The notes below the pieces were generated by a model. That model worked only from the letters and a program-made list of their open reading frames with translations. It searched no databases and was not told the origin of the DNA. DNA of 63,687 nucleotides, counting the filler, from Phoronis australis (lineage: Eukaryota > Animalia > Phoronida): assembly GCA_002633005.1 (NCBI GenBank). It is 8 parts of 8 records of this genome, joined end to end, with 100 filler letters (N's around TTAATTAATTAA, not from the genome) between each part and the next. Parts side by side here need not be neighbours in the genome. Positions count along the whole stretch, not along the records: positions 26,852 to 42,985 come from NMRA01000001.1; 7 more parts are not named here. One strand, given 5' to 3'. Both the position numbers and the translations under genes were made by a program. Positions 28,506 to 39,979 of the stretch are shown piece by piece. Position 1 is the stretch's first letter; every line of letters begins with the position of its first letter.

Positions 28506-28609
28506 ATGACAGAACTTGAGAGAAGTTCGAATATGTACGGCAACTTGCCACTTGAAATAATCAAAGATGTGATGCAATATCGTGTTAACGATCTGAAGAT
28601 CAGGAAAGA
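28506..28609 (+). CDS. Novel F-BAR-like coiled-coil protein, coding exon 1 (MTELERSSNMYGNLPLEIIKDVMQYRVNDLKIRK)
   Basis: CCAAA-ATG start context, GTAAGT donor, 104 nt, ends in phase 2. Confidence 0.75.
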
Positions 28610-29051
28610 GTAAGTAATTGATTCTAAATAGCAGATAACCAGCATTGCAATGTGCTTTTCGCAAAGAAAATAGTCGAAATTGATAGACTAACTTGATTTT
28701 TTCGCAGATCCAGATGTTACCAGAATACCTTTTGCTTACTTGTTTACAATTGTGCACCAGTTCAGTGCACGTGTTTTTCTAATAACTTGAAAAACTGAGT
28801 GCACTGATCACAAGTATGTTTGTTTCGAACGTATTCCTTACCGAGTCTTCCATATATACTAGTATGTTTTGTGATAAAACAATGTATCAACGAGACAAAC
28901 AATTATTGCACTCACTGTACCAGTTCAAAACTCACGCAACTTTGGAAATGTATTTTAAATCAATGTCTAACGGTATGTTCGCTCATTGTACTGCAAAGAT
29001 TATTATCCCAAATGCAGATTTGTTAATCCCATAAGTACTTTTCATTTAAAG

Positions 29052-29185
29052 GGTGCAGAACAACCTGGCAAAGTACTATGAAGCCGAGATGAAGTGTTGT
29101 AAGGAGATGGGAAAAGTTGTAAGCCGGCTTGTAAGAGAAATGGACAGAAGGCAGCAAAAGACTTTGAAGCTCTGCAAGGCAGAAA
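29052..29185 (+). CDS. Novel F-BAR-like protein, exon 2 (VQNNLAKYYEAEMKCCKEMGKVVSRL...LCKAE)
   Basis: TTTAAAG acceptor and GTGAGT donor; 134 nt, phase 2/1, open. Confidence 0.8.
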
Positions 29186-30266
29186 GTGAGTGTATTCACG
29201 GGTATTGCAGAGAATCGTGTTTCTGATCGTAACACTTGATGTAGACAAACTGAATTGGTCACTGCACTATAACTTTTTACTTATAGAAAAACATGGACTT
29301 AAATGAGAACTAATCACTCTCTTGACAGAGTTGCCACGTGGATCGGGATGCCGTCAACATCAACACATATTGACGTCGGGACAATCATATGTGTTACTGC
29401 GACGATATATGCCACAAAAATATTACCTCAAAATCTAAAGAGGAATGGTCTACGAAACGCAGTCGGTCTATGGAGGTCTAAAATGCTTTATTCAAAGGCA
29501 GACTAATGTTAAGTTTTAACTTATATAAAAACGTAAGACGAATGTTGGCCATTTGAAAAAAAAATTAACCAAGTTCCCTGGAACGCGCCCCAATTTTTAC
29601 GGTGTCAACCATATTAAGGAACGTGCGTCAGCGGTCTCTTAAATATCGACGAGGCGTGCACAGAATTCCGGCACCTTGGGCGTCGGAACGATAATGGTAT
29701 CACTTCCTTCATTTCTTCGCCTCGTCCCCTTCTTATTAGCGACCAATTTCGTCACCGCTCCTATTGCAGTGCCACGTGGATAGCCAAACTTGGTGGATTG
29801 ATTAAGCCAAGAAGCATCATGAATCGTATAACTATTTTGAACAAACAGGAGTCTTAGATCCCTTTTACCACTCCTGTAGCTTCATTACTTTTATGTCCCT
29901 CTAATGAAATTATTATTGGGTTTTAGTTATTGTTTCGACTAGGTCTTGTTTTGCCTAGACGTCTACATGTATGTGGAACTAACTTACAAATAAAACAGTT
30001 GCTAACGAAGCAGGGTCGTAGGAAGGTGCATGCTAAAATTCCTGAAGGGCAAGAACATATTCCGCTTAACAACAGTGATTAGTACAGCTTAAAATGACCT
30101 GCTAAATATCGTCAATAACAGGCTGCAGAGGTATTGCAGTCCAGAGGGCTCGTGTCTGCGATCCCTGAGTTTTTTATAGTCCTGGTAGAAGTACTGAAAA
30201 GACCAGTCATGTCATTAGGCTTAAATTTTCAATGTTTTCAAAATGTCTGCTCACAATCTCTCGTAG

Positions 30267-30387
30267 GCCAATATACTACAAAGGTCGAAGAGTTCTGGAA
30301 TTTCATGGACTCGCGGAAAAATGACCTCCAAAGAAGACTTGATCTCATGAAATATGACGCGGAGAGGTCGATGGCTGTATTCAAGTC
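30267..30387 (+). CDS. Novel F-BAR-like protein, exon 3 (QYTTKVEEFWNFMDSRK...SMAVFK)
   Basis: CTCTCGTAG acceptor and GTAAGT donor; 121 nt, phase 1/2. Confidence 0.8.
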
Positions 30388-31218
30388 GTAAGTTTGATTG
30401 TAGTCATGATGGCAGTGTTCAGCTGCTATCTGATTATGGTAGTCAAACAGACTTAAGACGCCTCAATTGTAGGCCTAGTAACATAAATTTCACTTGAAAC
30501 GCTATCATTTCTGAAGAATGTCTCTCAGCGAAGTTGCAATTCTGGATAAATCACCATCAAACGAAAGTGACCTACTCCTTTAAATTAGCTCAAAATATGT
30601 ATACCTTCTGGTTTAGCCCTTAATTTCTCAGAACTGAACAAATTAACATAATGCATGTAAATACTTAAAAGTTCAAAATTCTGTGGGATTTGGTTTATTT
30701 TACGGAAAAGGGTTGCTCTTCCATAAGAATAATGACAATCGAAGAACAAGGAGCTACAACATGATCACTAACATAGTCCACCCTCACGGCTTCAAAAAAT
30801 CTAACGTCAAGAGGACTGCTCATGGCCCCTTTCAAAGGCTAAAATAAGGACAAAGATTAATTAATTACGAGTTTGTCATGTTAAATAAATTTCTGTATGC
30901 ATGTGATCCATTGAAATTCGTCCTAACTGCGTGCCTTTTTGCTCATTACCAAGACTTTCTGCAGTCATATTGCCGAACTACATTTGGAGACAAAGTTTCA
31001 TTAGCTTTAAATGTCTGGAACTTTTGTAACCCACCAGCCTGCGCTACCTGCGCTTGTACGCTGGACTGTTGTGAAAATAATTTGAACAGATTTGAATTGG
31101 TCACCTGCACCTGCATCGCCATAAGCTGGTTAGAGAGTTGGCTACGACGTTTTGGGGTTAAACCAAGTGTTATTGTAGGACATTAACTAAAGTAGTGTAT
31201 TATTTGTATGTTCTTTAG

Positions 31219-31321
31219 AAGTGCAGAGAGCATGGATATAGGAAAAAAAACTGCTCAGCATGTTGTGCAAAGAAACATCGTGCAAGAGAAATGTCAGAAG
31301 AAAGTCGATAAGTTGACCGAC
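31219..31321 (+). CDS. Novel F-BAR-like protein, exon 4 (SAESMDIGKK...KVDKLTD)
   Basis: TTCTTTAG acceptor and GTAAGT donor; 103 nt, phase 2/0. Confidence 0.8.
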
Positions 31322-31391
31322 GTAAGTAATGACAAATATATGTGAAGCGTGACAAAAATAGAAACCTTAGTTGGTGATTTTCTTATGATTG

Positions 31392-31629
31392 CATGCGCGC
31401 ACCCAGGGAGCCCCCATTTGGCAAAGTAGGCAAAAAGGTCCGCCTCTGAGAAACAATAAGTCCGGGAAAACGAGACAAAAGTCCACTAAAAAAGCGAAAA
31501 CGCCCAATTCACAGTACCGAACGTGGTACCCCGTGATTTTTTTATAGTCCGTCCGCTTTTTTGTTAGTGAAAGGTCCACATCGTCGGCAATGTCGAGCCA
31601 ACGCATATGAAAGGTTGGGTGCGCGCATG
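31392..31629. mobile_element. hAT-like MITE (CATGCGCGCACCCA TIR) with 5-bp TSD GATTG
   Basis: Perfect 14-bp TIRs; GATTG at 31387-31391 and 31630-31634. Partial relatives near 27940-28000 and 35500. Confidence 0.8.
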
Positions 31630-32176
31630 GATTGCTACCGCTGCTTTTAACTGTAATTTGTATTTCTGCGTTTTAAGTCATCGAACCTCCTCTGTCGGCT
31701 GTTGTTAGTACATCTAATGCTATTTCTGTGCATTTATGTTCAACAAGAGTATCAATGAAAGTAATTTACATCGGAACAAAATGAGTCATCGAAGACACCC
31801 GGTATCAAAGTTTTAGATTTTTCGCAAAAGAGTTTAAGATGGCGCCAGTACACAGTATTAACAAGATCTCTCACCTACTGCGCCCTCTCACGTCTTTACT
31901 GCTTGGATGTTGAAAACACCAAACGTGCCTGATTTTATTGTGCTCTTTCTAATAGTCTTCATTAAGCGTTAACGAATTTGCTACGAATGCCTTACCGCGG
32001 ACGTCTTTTCAACAGAACGACCCTGTGTTCGGTTTGTTCTAACCAACCTTTCCTGACAGTTCTATCCACCACGTGTGATCGTTACATTCTGGCCAACATC
32101 TCACTGTGGCTTTTCGCCCGATGTGCACGCGTGGGACATGCATCCTTGCACAATTTTGCCTTGTTCTCTATTGAAG

Positions 32177-32347
32177 GAAGAGCCTCGGCTGGCGGAAAGT
32201 CACAGAAAAATGGACACGAGGTACCGAACAACGGCCCGAGTCCACCGTCAAACCTGGGTGGCGTCAAAGAACGACGTCACCAATAACCAAGTGACGAAAG
32301 CCATGTATGAAAGCGCAAACCAAAGTCTTATCAGGGAATGTGCCGAG
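32177..32347 (+). CDS. Novel F-BAR-like protein, exon 5 (EEPRLAESHRK...LIRECAE)
   Basis: TTGAAG acceptor after a pyrimidine tract and GTGAGC donor; 171 nt, phase 0/0. An in-frame upstream acceptor near 32059 is also possible. Confidence 0.75.
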
Positions 32348-32682
32348 GTGAGCGCTACGGAAAAGCAACTGCGAAGAGCTTGTTCTAGGGATATCTTGGG
32401 TGAAATGTTAAAAACTCGGGTACATTGGATTGCATTATATACTTTTTCCCTGTTAGTCAATATGACATCGATTAGTACGTGTGCTTGCTGTTTCTAATCA
32501 ATACAGCGACACGTTTCAAGAGCAGCCTTTAAACTGCAAGCATTCCATTCTGGATGAATGTCGTGCCTGAACGCCTTTACAAAAATCTCGATTACCCTCA
32601 TACATAAAACAGAATGTCTCCAGTCTGTAGACACAAGCAAGTGTTGTTTTTCATAACACTTTTCCTATTTATATATTTGCAG

Positions 32683-32786
32683 CTTCATAAAAAAGCTGAC
32701 CAGCAATTTGACAACACCCTTCAGGAGGCGGACGCTGCCATCGACACGGTCATGCGCATAACATCAACTGACTCGCTGCTGGGACG
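32683..32786 (+). CDS. Novel F-BAR-like protein, exon 6 (LHKKADQQFDNTLQEADAAIDTVMRITSTDSLLG)
   Basis: TTTGCAG acceptor and GTAACT donor; 104 nt, phase 0/2. Confidence 0.8.
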
Positions 32787-33472
32787 GTAACTAAGTCTTG
32801 TCAATACTAAATCGGACAGAAGGAGTAACAAATCTATATTATATACTTTCCTCATCAGTGTGCAAAATCGGTTGCTATTTTCCTCGCGGAGCCCACTTTA
32901 ATCAGCCACCGTATCACATAGATTAAGGTTAGATAGGCTATTTGGTGTGAATACATGTCACCCGAAGATCATCACAGCAGTGAGAGAAAATGTTACATGT
33001 ATGTGCTTGGAACCCGCCAAGGAATTAAAAAAAAAAACGTTTACATCCGGGATTCCTCTTTCTTGAAGTCACAACGAAATTGACCTCTGAACTGTTACTT
33101 TTGTCCGTAAAAATACTAACACCGGTTCGTTATAATCAACTGCAACCGTTTGGACTCGACCTCAAAACAAAACTTAGCTAAGATAGTAGCTGTGAATTCA
33201 AGTTAAGTTTGGTTCCCCGCGCGCGACCGACGATAAATATGTTCTCAAACTGGCTTCTTCAATCACAATTTCCCAGACGAAATCGGTATTTTCTGAAACA
33301 AAAGTGGTCTCGCACCAGCACTGAAATGTAAAGAAAATAAAAACGTTTACTGATCGAACCACACATCTTGGGGGAGTATAAAATGAGAAAAACCAAAATG
33401 TCGTTAGGAACAACTTTATCCCGAAGATTTTGGTCATTGCTGTAACCTCGAAACAAATATTTTTCGTTTCAG

Positions 33473-33890
33473 TGGAGTACCATCAACACGCGTTAAGAGC
33501 ACGCAGACTGACAGCGTCAGAATTGACCCAGTCTTACTATCAAAGCTGTGCTTTCCCGACAGCGCCGCTTCTAGTTCCACAGTCTTGTACGTCGCTTGTA
33601 CTAGCCAGTCAAATGCCCAGTCCGAGAAGCCATCCGACGACAAGCTGCCAAGCAGCAATTCCGCAGAGCCAAAACAATCATCTCCTGAGGAAGCCCAGTC
33701 ATATCCAAGCGAGAGATCTACTACCTCCTCCCCTGGACTCCGTGACCAGAAAACATCAACGATTTACGTTAAACCTGCGAGCTTGACTAGCAGTGATTTG
33801 GAAGTCAGCATCCTTTCGCTTCCTGTTGCCTCCGGATCTGGACCTACAAAAGTCCCAGCTACTCTTTTGAAATCTGTGGAACATCGCTAA
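33473..33890 (+). CDS. Novel F-BAR-like protein, terminal exon 7 (Ser/Pro-rich tail, ...LLKSVEHR*)
   Basis: TTTTTCGTTTCAG acceptor; the phase 2 start leads into the frame of track ORF 33585-33890. Confidence 0.75.
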
Positions 33891-33954
33891 ATCTCATCAG
33901 TAGCGTCCACATCAAAAGGACTGTTGGCAAGCAACATAGGTCTTACTTAGATAA

Positions 33955-34770
33955 ATATGCAACTTTCTTCAGCCACTCTGGCTTTTTCAAGCCAGTGCAA
34001 CCTCTGGTGGATTCCGGCCAGAGTTCAGAAAATCGGGGGGAAACTTTAGTCAGAGTCATGTCTCAGGTGTTTGGTAAGTTGAAGCTCGCTTCCTTGACGG
34101 ATTTTTAATTCTTTCGTGTTTATACTCTTTGACTCCCTGTTCAGACCAATTTTTCTCCTTGTCAATGATTAGTACATTGTCAAGGTCGAAGCTGTGGCTG
34201 GATGCTTGACAGTGGGTACACACGGCATAAGAGTCATAAGTGTTACCGGAGCTAGGCCGACGATGTTGGGACAACCGTATTTTCTAGGACTGCTTAGTTT
34301 TACTTACATAGGTTTCAGGGCACTCTCCACACTGTTCCACAGACCACACCAGCTATCTTTTCCTCCAGGTTGTTTGTCCGTAGGGTTCACGAGTTCTTGT
34401 ATCAAAGTGCCAACAGGTTTGAAAGACGTGGTGATATCAAATGTCCTAAACACAGGTAGTAGTTGTTCAGAAACTCTTTCTACATAAGGAATAGGTATCC
34501 TGGCCAATGGTTGATCAGGTTGAATATCGTCAGTGTTGTTGATTTCCAACATGAGTGTTCTACGAGTAGCCTTGCTAAAGACCCAACGTGGGTACCTATA
34601 ACTTTCCAGGGAATCACGAATCTTGTGTTTCTCATATATCCGTTTATTTTGTTTAACAAGAGAAAGATTTTGCTTTTCAGACTGTTTAATACTCTTAAAA
34701 GTATCGTCAACGTCTCTCAACCAAACCCTTGGTTTTACTCCAGCATTGGTGTTGGGTGCTCTCTTTTCCT
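33955..34770 (-). mobile_element. Penelope-like retroelement 3' fragment (RT end + GIY-YIG endonuclease), degenerate
   Basis: KPRVWLRDVDDTF, IPYV and a frameshifted VVYGIxC...YVxET-like GIY-YIG region. Inverted relative of 42250-42985. Confidence 0.8.
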
Positions 34771-34937
34771 TGGCCAAAAATTTGTAACGTGCTACTGCGC
34801 ATGCGCTAAATTTTGCCTGCAGACCTCCATAAGAAATACACAGGAATGAACTATTATCAGTAAATTAGAAGTCATGGGAGATAACTGCACAATTTGCTAA
34901 AAGTCTGTGGCAGAGAGTGTATGTTAAGTCTTTTTAC

Positions 34938-35101
34938 CAGGGGCCGATACAGGATTTTGAGTTGGGGGGTGGGGGGCAGGGCAGAGTATTAGCCAGGATT
35001 TTGCCCATCAGTCATTCGCACGCAGATTGCCAAATGGAATCTGGGAGGAAGAATTTTAAGGAAGGGGGACTTGACACCCTTAGCCCCCACTTCCGCCACT
35101 G
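34938..35101 (-). mobile_element. Inverted copy of the CAGTGGCGGA hAT-like MITE (5-bp flanks TTTAC/GTTAC)
   Basis: Reverse complement of the 16563-16730 family. Confidence 0.75.
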
Positions 35102-36073
35102 GTTACTGCCAAGTATCAGCGTCATTGGTGAAAATTTTTCCCGTGTCTTGGAAGTTTGAAGTTTGCTCCGTTCAGGCTATGTTAACGATCGCCTGTAAGT
35201 ACCCAGCTCATTTTTAAGTCAAATTTGCGGGAAAATTCATTTAGCCATAGAATTTGCGGATAACCTAAGGACGACCGGGAGTATTGAGAAGTTGCCAATT
35301 TCATATTTTTCGAAATTTTTCCCGTGTCACTTGTGCTCCGAAAATGGATCCACGTACAATGGTGTTTGAAATGTAATGATCGCGGGCTTGTCTTGCAATG
35401 GAATTTGCACTGTTGACGAAGAATAGATCACTATAGGTAAGAAACATTGTTTTGTCCATATTCCCGTCCGGGATGATCTTATGAATAATTTCAGAGCTTG
35501 GGCGCACCCAGCCTAAACAATGGGGGCTCGCATTTTGTAGACTACTGTATGTACCTTTCACGGGGTACTTTCAGAGCTATGAATTGTTCCTAACTTTTTA
35601 GTGGACTTTTGTCTCGTTTTCTACTCTGAGAAGGACCTTTTTGTCCACTTCGCCAAATGGGTGAGGGCGCACATGTAAAGTGTGAAAAAAATGTTTTTTT
35701 ATACAGAATTCCACAATTTTCCCTGCAAGTAAATGATTTTAAGGTTGTTTTCAAAAATTTGTTCAATTTTTGTTCCGCACAAATTATAGCCGTGATCACA
35801 GCAGTGATTAGTTTCATGATTGAATGTTTTGAAATTGTTATCCTTTCTAGGGGTATGTGAAAAAAATTAACAAAATCTACACTGTATCAGATTTTGTTGC
35901 CTGGGTCCTGCAGGGAACAGTGAAAATATGTGTTGTTTACCGTCATACAAAAGGGTTCAATAACTACGTTGTACATCTTATTTAATTGTTACGTAGGATT
36001 CCATACACAAATAGATATGTATTGTCAAAAATCTTAAGATTAATAATAAGCGCTTTGGCATGGCACCTGAGGG

Positions 36074-36715
36074 TCACTCATGGGTCGATGCGGCGACCGG
36101 CCATCGATACATATTGTTTTGGTTCTGTACTTCGGTGTACCAGCAAGTGACCCCCCCCCCCCGTCCTTGAAAACAGCTGTTGGTCATTACAGAGGCGTTC
36201 ATGAATCCTTGCAGCAGGTGGGTATACATACACGAAAAAACGTCATAGGATGTGAAAAGCGCATCTTCCTCAAGAAAACTATCGCTCAACTTTTCCTCAA
36301 GATTCTGAATATTGTCATTGTGATGGACTGATTGGCCGACTAGCGGAGACAAAATGTCAGCAACGAACTTGGCAACATGGTGTGTAAGCGAGTCGCTGTT
36401 GCAGTGATTCATGAACGCCTCTGCAGTGACCACCAACTGTGGCCAAGGACGAGTTTATCTGCTACGAATGTGAGTGATCTTCTCCAGATTTTTCAAGGCA
36501 CTATATTTTTCATTTGATCAACAAATATATGCGTCGTGGAATCCCCCGTATCCCCTATTGTCGTCAACTTGCACTTATTCTAAAGTTAAACCAAGAGTTT
36601 GGTTGAGATACACTTTTGGGATCAATGAACAGTCTGAAAAGCAATTTTCTCTCATTACTGAGAATGAGAGTAGAGACGGTATGAACACGTTATTTGATTG
36701 CTTACTGTCAGTTAA
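36074..36715. mobile_element. Penelope RT fragments (36074-36436 on -, 36474-36715 on +)
   Basis: VAKFVADILSPLVG...SYDV on the - strand; YFSFDQQIY...VKPRVWLRY on the + strand. Confidence 0.6.
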
Positions 36716-39700
36716 TAGTCAGGTTTGTTGTGTAATTTTGCTGATTTTTTGGTGGAAAGTGGAAACCTCATGGAATAACAAATCAGAAAATAAGTGATGC
36801 CTTTTTGGCGGCCATCTTAGACTTTCAAAAATCGCACCGATAACATACATTTTGTTCAGCATCTCTGCTCTTGGGTCACTTAGAATGTTAGTTCTAATGG
36901 CTGCACCCACATTTTTCTTCTTTGTAGGCAAGGAATCCGAAAATGCAACTTATTAAATGTGAAACATAATCAAGAACCCGTTTTTTAGCAGCCAGATTTT
37001 GTAAATGCATCATGTATTCCAACACATATGCACACTATCTTACCAGACTTAAAAATGTTTGTGGTCCTACTACTTGCATATTTCGTTTGGATTTGTTTCC
37101 TTCAACACACTTAAATTCAACCACTATCTATACAACCTACTTACGTTTGTAGAACATGAGATTATCTTTATTGTAGTGTCAATAGTCTTTCAAAACTTTG
37201 AAATCAGTCTACAGATCATCATTGTCGCCATCTCTGTCATCGTTGGCACCAGTGATGACGTCATTATAAGAGTTTAACAATCTGACATTCTGGACAACAC
37301 TCAGACATAGATATGTGAAAGGTAGGTCCTTTGATCGACGAAAGCATCGTTGGGAGGAACAATATCTTTTGCATTGACATCTAACCATCTAAATGAAAGC
37401 ACTTGGCGCCGGAGCCTCCTAAGTTGTGAGGGGTGTCAGTTGGTCGTCTTTGTCCTTGTAAAACCCATTCTCTGCAACGGGTCAAGGAACTTCTGTCGAG
37501 CAATGGCTACCGGTCCCCACACTCTGGCTTGAATAAGTATCCTCAGCACACGCTGTTCAAAGCCCCAATGGGTGGTGGAAGTTTGTCACTGTAAGCCGTA
37601 TGTTTGCAGAAGAGGTACAATCTCAGCTCGGGAATACTGTCTATGTCAATACCCTGTGGTGAGTATGCAGCACGTGTAAAACTGGCTAATGTGAACAAGA
37701 AGCAGTGCAAAGAGTATGCAATGCAATGACAACATCACTGTCAGCCTCCAACTATATATTCAACCATGTTGTTTTGCCTATCCTGGAGAACCGACCAGTG
37801 TTGTCTGCCCCTGTAAATGCATGGAAAGCCGGAAGAGGGTTTGTCTGGGTAGCACCTAGTGCTGTCCATATTGGATTTAATTATGTCCACAATCCCAGAT
37901 GCCGTTGAGACTGAAGTATTTCTGTGAAGGCGGTCATAGTAGGCAATGACGAGTACCAGAACGTCTGTGTCAGGTGAAAAAAGTACCAGATAAGAATCGG
38001 GGACGTTTTGATGGGATGCCCGCACTACATGATGTATCACCAACGCATCTGCTTCTTCGTGATTTTTTTCGTCAAAGCGTAGAGGACGCCTGTTGCTCAT
38101 TGTAAATCTTGACTAATTGGCAGAGTCTGTAGACAGACATGAAGAATCTCATTGGCATTGCTGGAAATACCGTTCAGTACAGAATTGGCCTTCACCATCC
38201 TCTCGAGGTGTTCACAAGCTTGGTCTGCACCAAAGGACACAAATGGGATTTCGGTTTTGCTGACTGAGATGCCTGTTCCAATTTCAGTCCACATGTCGTA
38301 GTGTTTGGTTCTCAGGTCTTGCATATCATCAATGTATGTAGGCCGGAGTCTTTTGTACTTGATGCGAGCAAAAGCAAAGAGAATTTTGATCCTTGCATCA
38401 ACAACCTGGAGATGCAAAGTCAAATCAGCATTTCGAGATATTGCCACAAATACCATGATGGCTTGGACTCGATGCAGATATTTCACAATGGACTTAAACA
38501 TGGCATTGGCTGGTCATTTGGCTGTCCCGTTCTCTGAATGTTTCAAGGGTCTCGGCAATTGTCAACAATTCCAGCAAATTGTGGGTAGTTTGCTTTCTGC
38601 TCTCGGCCTTTCTGGTTTTGTTCTTCTCTGAGCAGGCTGTTGGTGATGAATTTAGAGCCTTACAGCAAAAGGCCTCTAACTGTGGGTTTCCTTTAATGAA
38701 TTCCTCCAGGACTATCTCAAACAGTGCTGTATATGATTGCATGTAAATATGGACTCGGAAAGTGCGCTTGTAGGGAGTGTACTTTAGGATCTATCTAGTT
38801 GTTGCAGTGCCAAAGACGTTGGCTTCTACCCAGGCATTATCTATGCTGGCATACTCTATGAATTTCCCAAGAGCTATCTGAGCTGTCATTCTAGCATGCA
38901 ATTCCCCAAATCTTGGGTTCATTGTTTGCTTTAGTTCAAGTCTGGTATCCAGGAGCTCCACAACTCTCTGGTGTAGACCCATATCACATGAAATGACAGT
39001 TGGATGAGCTTCGCCAGCAACCAGCCTCTTCGACTGTCTCGTCTGCATAACAACTATTAGCAGGATCGACCAGTCGTGGGCCACCTCTGGAATTAGTGGT
39101 AACGCACCAAACTCAGTGAGAGACTGGCTTGTACATAACAGTGAGTTGAAGCCTGTCCAGTATGTGATCTTCCTGTTTTCTTCATTCCTTAGCCTGGTTA
39201 CTGCCAAAGTTACTAGCCATACAAGGTGTGTCGGCTGATATGTGCCAGAGATTCCCTCTTGGGTACAAATTAATGTGTTCTTTTGCTTGTTTATGGTTTT
39301 GGATTGTCGCTACGGACCCTACGTATGTGGTACGGTGTGACAGTGAGGTCCTTTGCTTCCCTGATGGTTAAAGGTGGATCTTTTTTTTAAATTCCTTGCC
39401 CCACAAATGGGGTAGATCCATTAAAACTAACATTGTTGGATACCCGATAAAATTGTATACATGTGAAATAATTTATCGTGTATAAAAATGATTTATTTAC
39501 ATATGTCATTGTAATCATAACTTCATTTTTTAAATTACATATTTGTGTATAATAACTGTATATGGTTTTCTTTGTATTTATTTAACCCATATACAATTCC
39601 CTTTGGTGCTTTCTGGGCATGTATATTTATCGTACTGAAGATTTCATAATAAACATTAAAAAACCAAGACCAGAGATAAGGAGCAAAATGTATTTTACGG

Positions 39701-39951
39701 GTGCCATTTTTGAAAATTTATGACGTCCGCCAAAAATTAGAATGTTCAATTCTGCGTCCCAAGAAATGCTGGTGTATCCATAGAAAATAACATTCTATGT
39801 GACCCAAGTACTGAGACATTGAACAAAATGGCCGCCAAAAATAGAATCAATTACTTTCTGATTCGTCATTCCATGAGTTTTCCAAATATGTTTCCACTTC
39901 CTCCAGAAAATTCCAATGAATGTCAAAATTTGGACATGGTGAACCTGACTA
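36716..39951 (-). mobile_element. Academ-like DNA transposon relic (transposase + XPG/PIN-like nuclease + Cys-rich C-terminus)
   Basis: TAGTCAGGTT...AACCTGACTA termini with subterminal GTGGAAAC/GTTTCCAC. Minus-strand fragments GELH, ADQACEH, NHEEAD, SPDTDV and FHAFTGAD. Flanks TAA/TGA may be a 3-bp TSD with one mismatch. Confidence 0.7.
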
Positions 39952-39979
39952 TGAGGAAGATCTAAGTATTAAGACTAGT

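Noticed and set aside
29329-29506. Extra exon in intron 2 of the F-BAR-like gene
   Set aside because: An acceptor-like site is present, but the phase-compatible frame hits a stop and exons 2 and 3 already join in phase.
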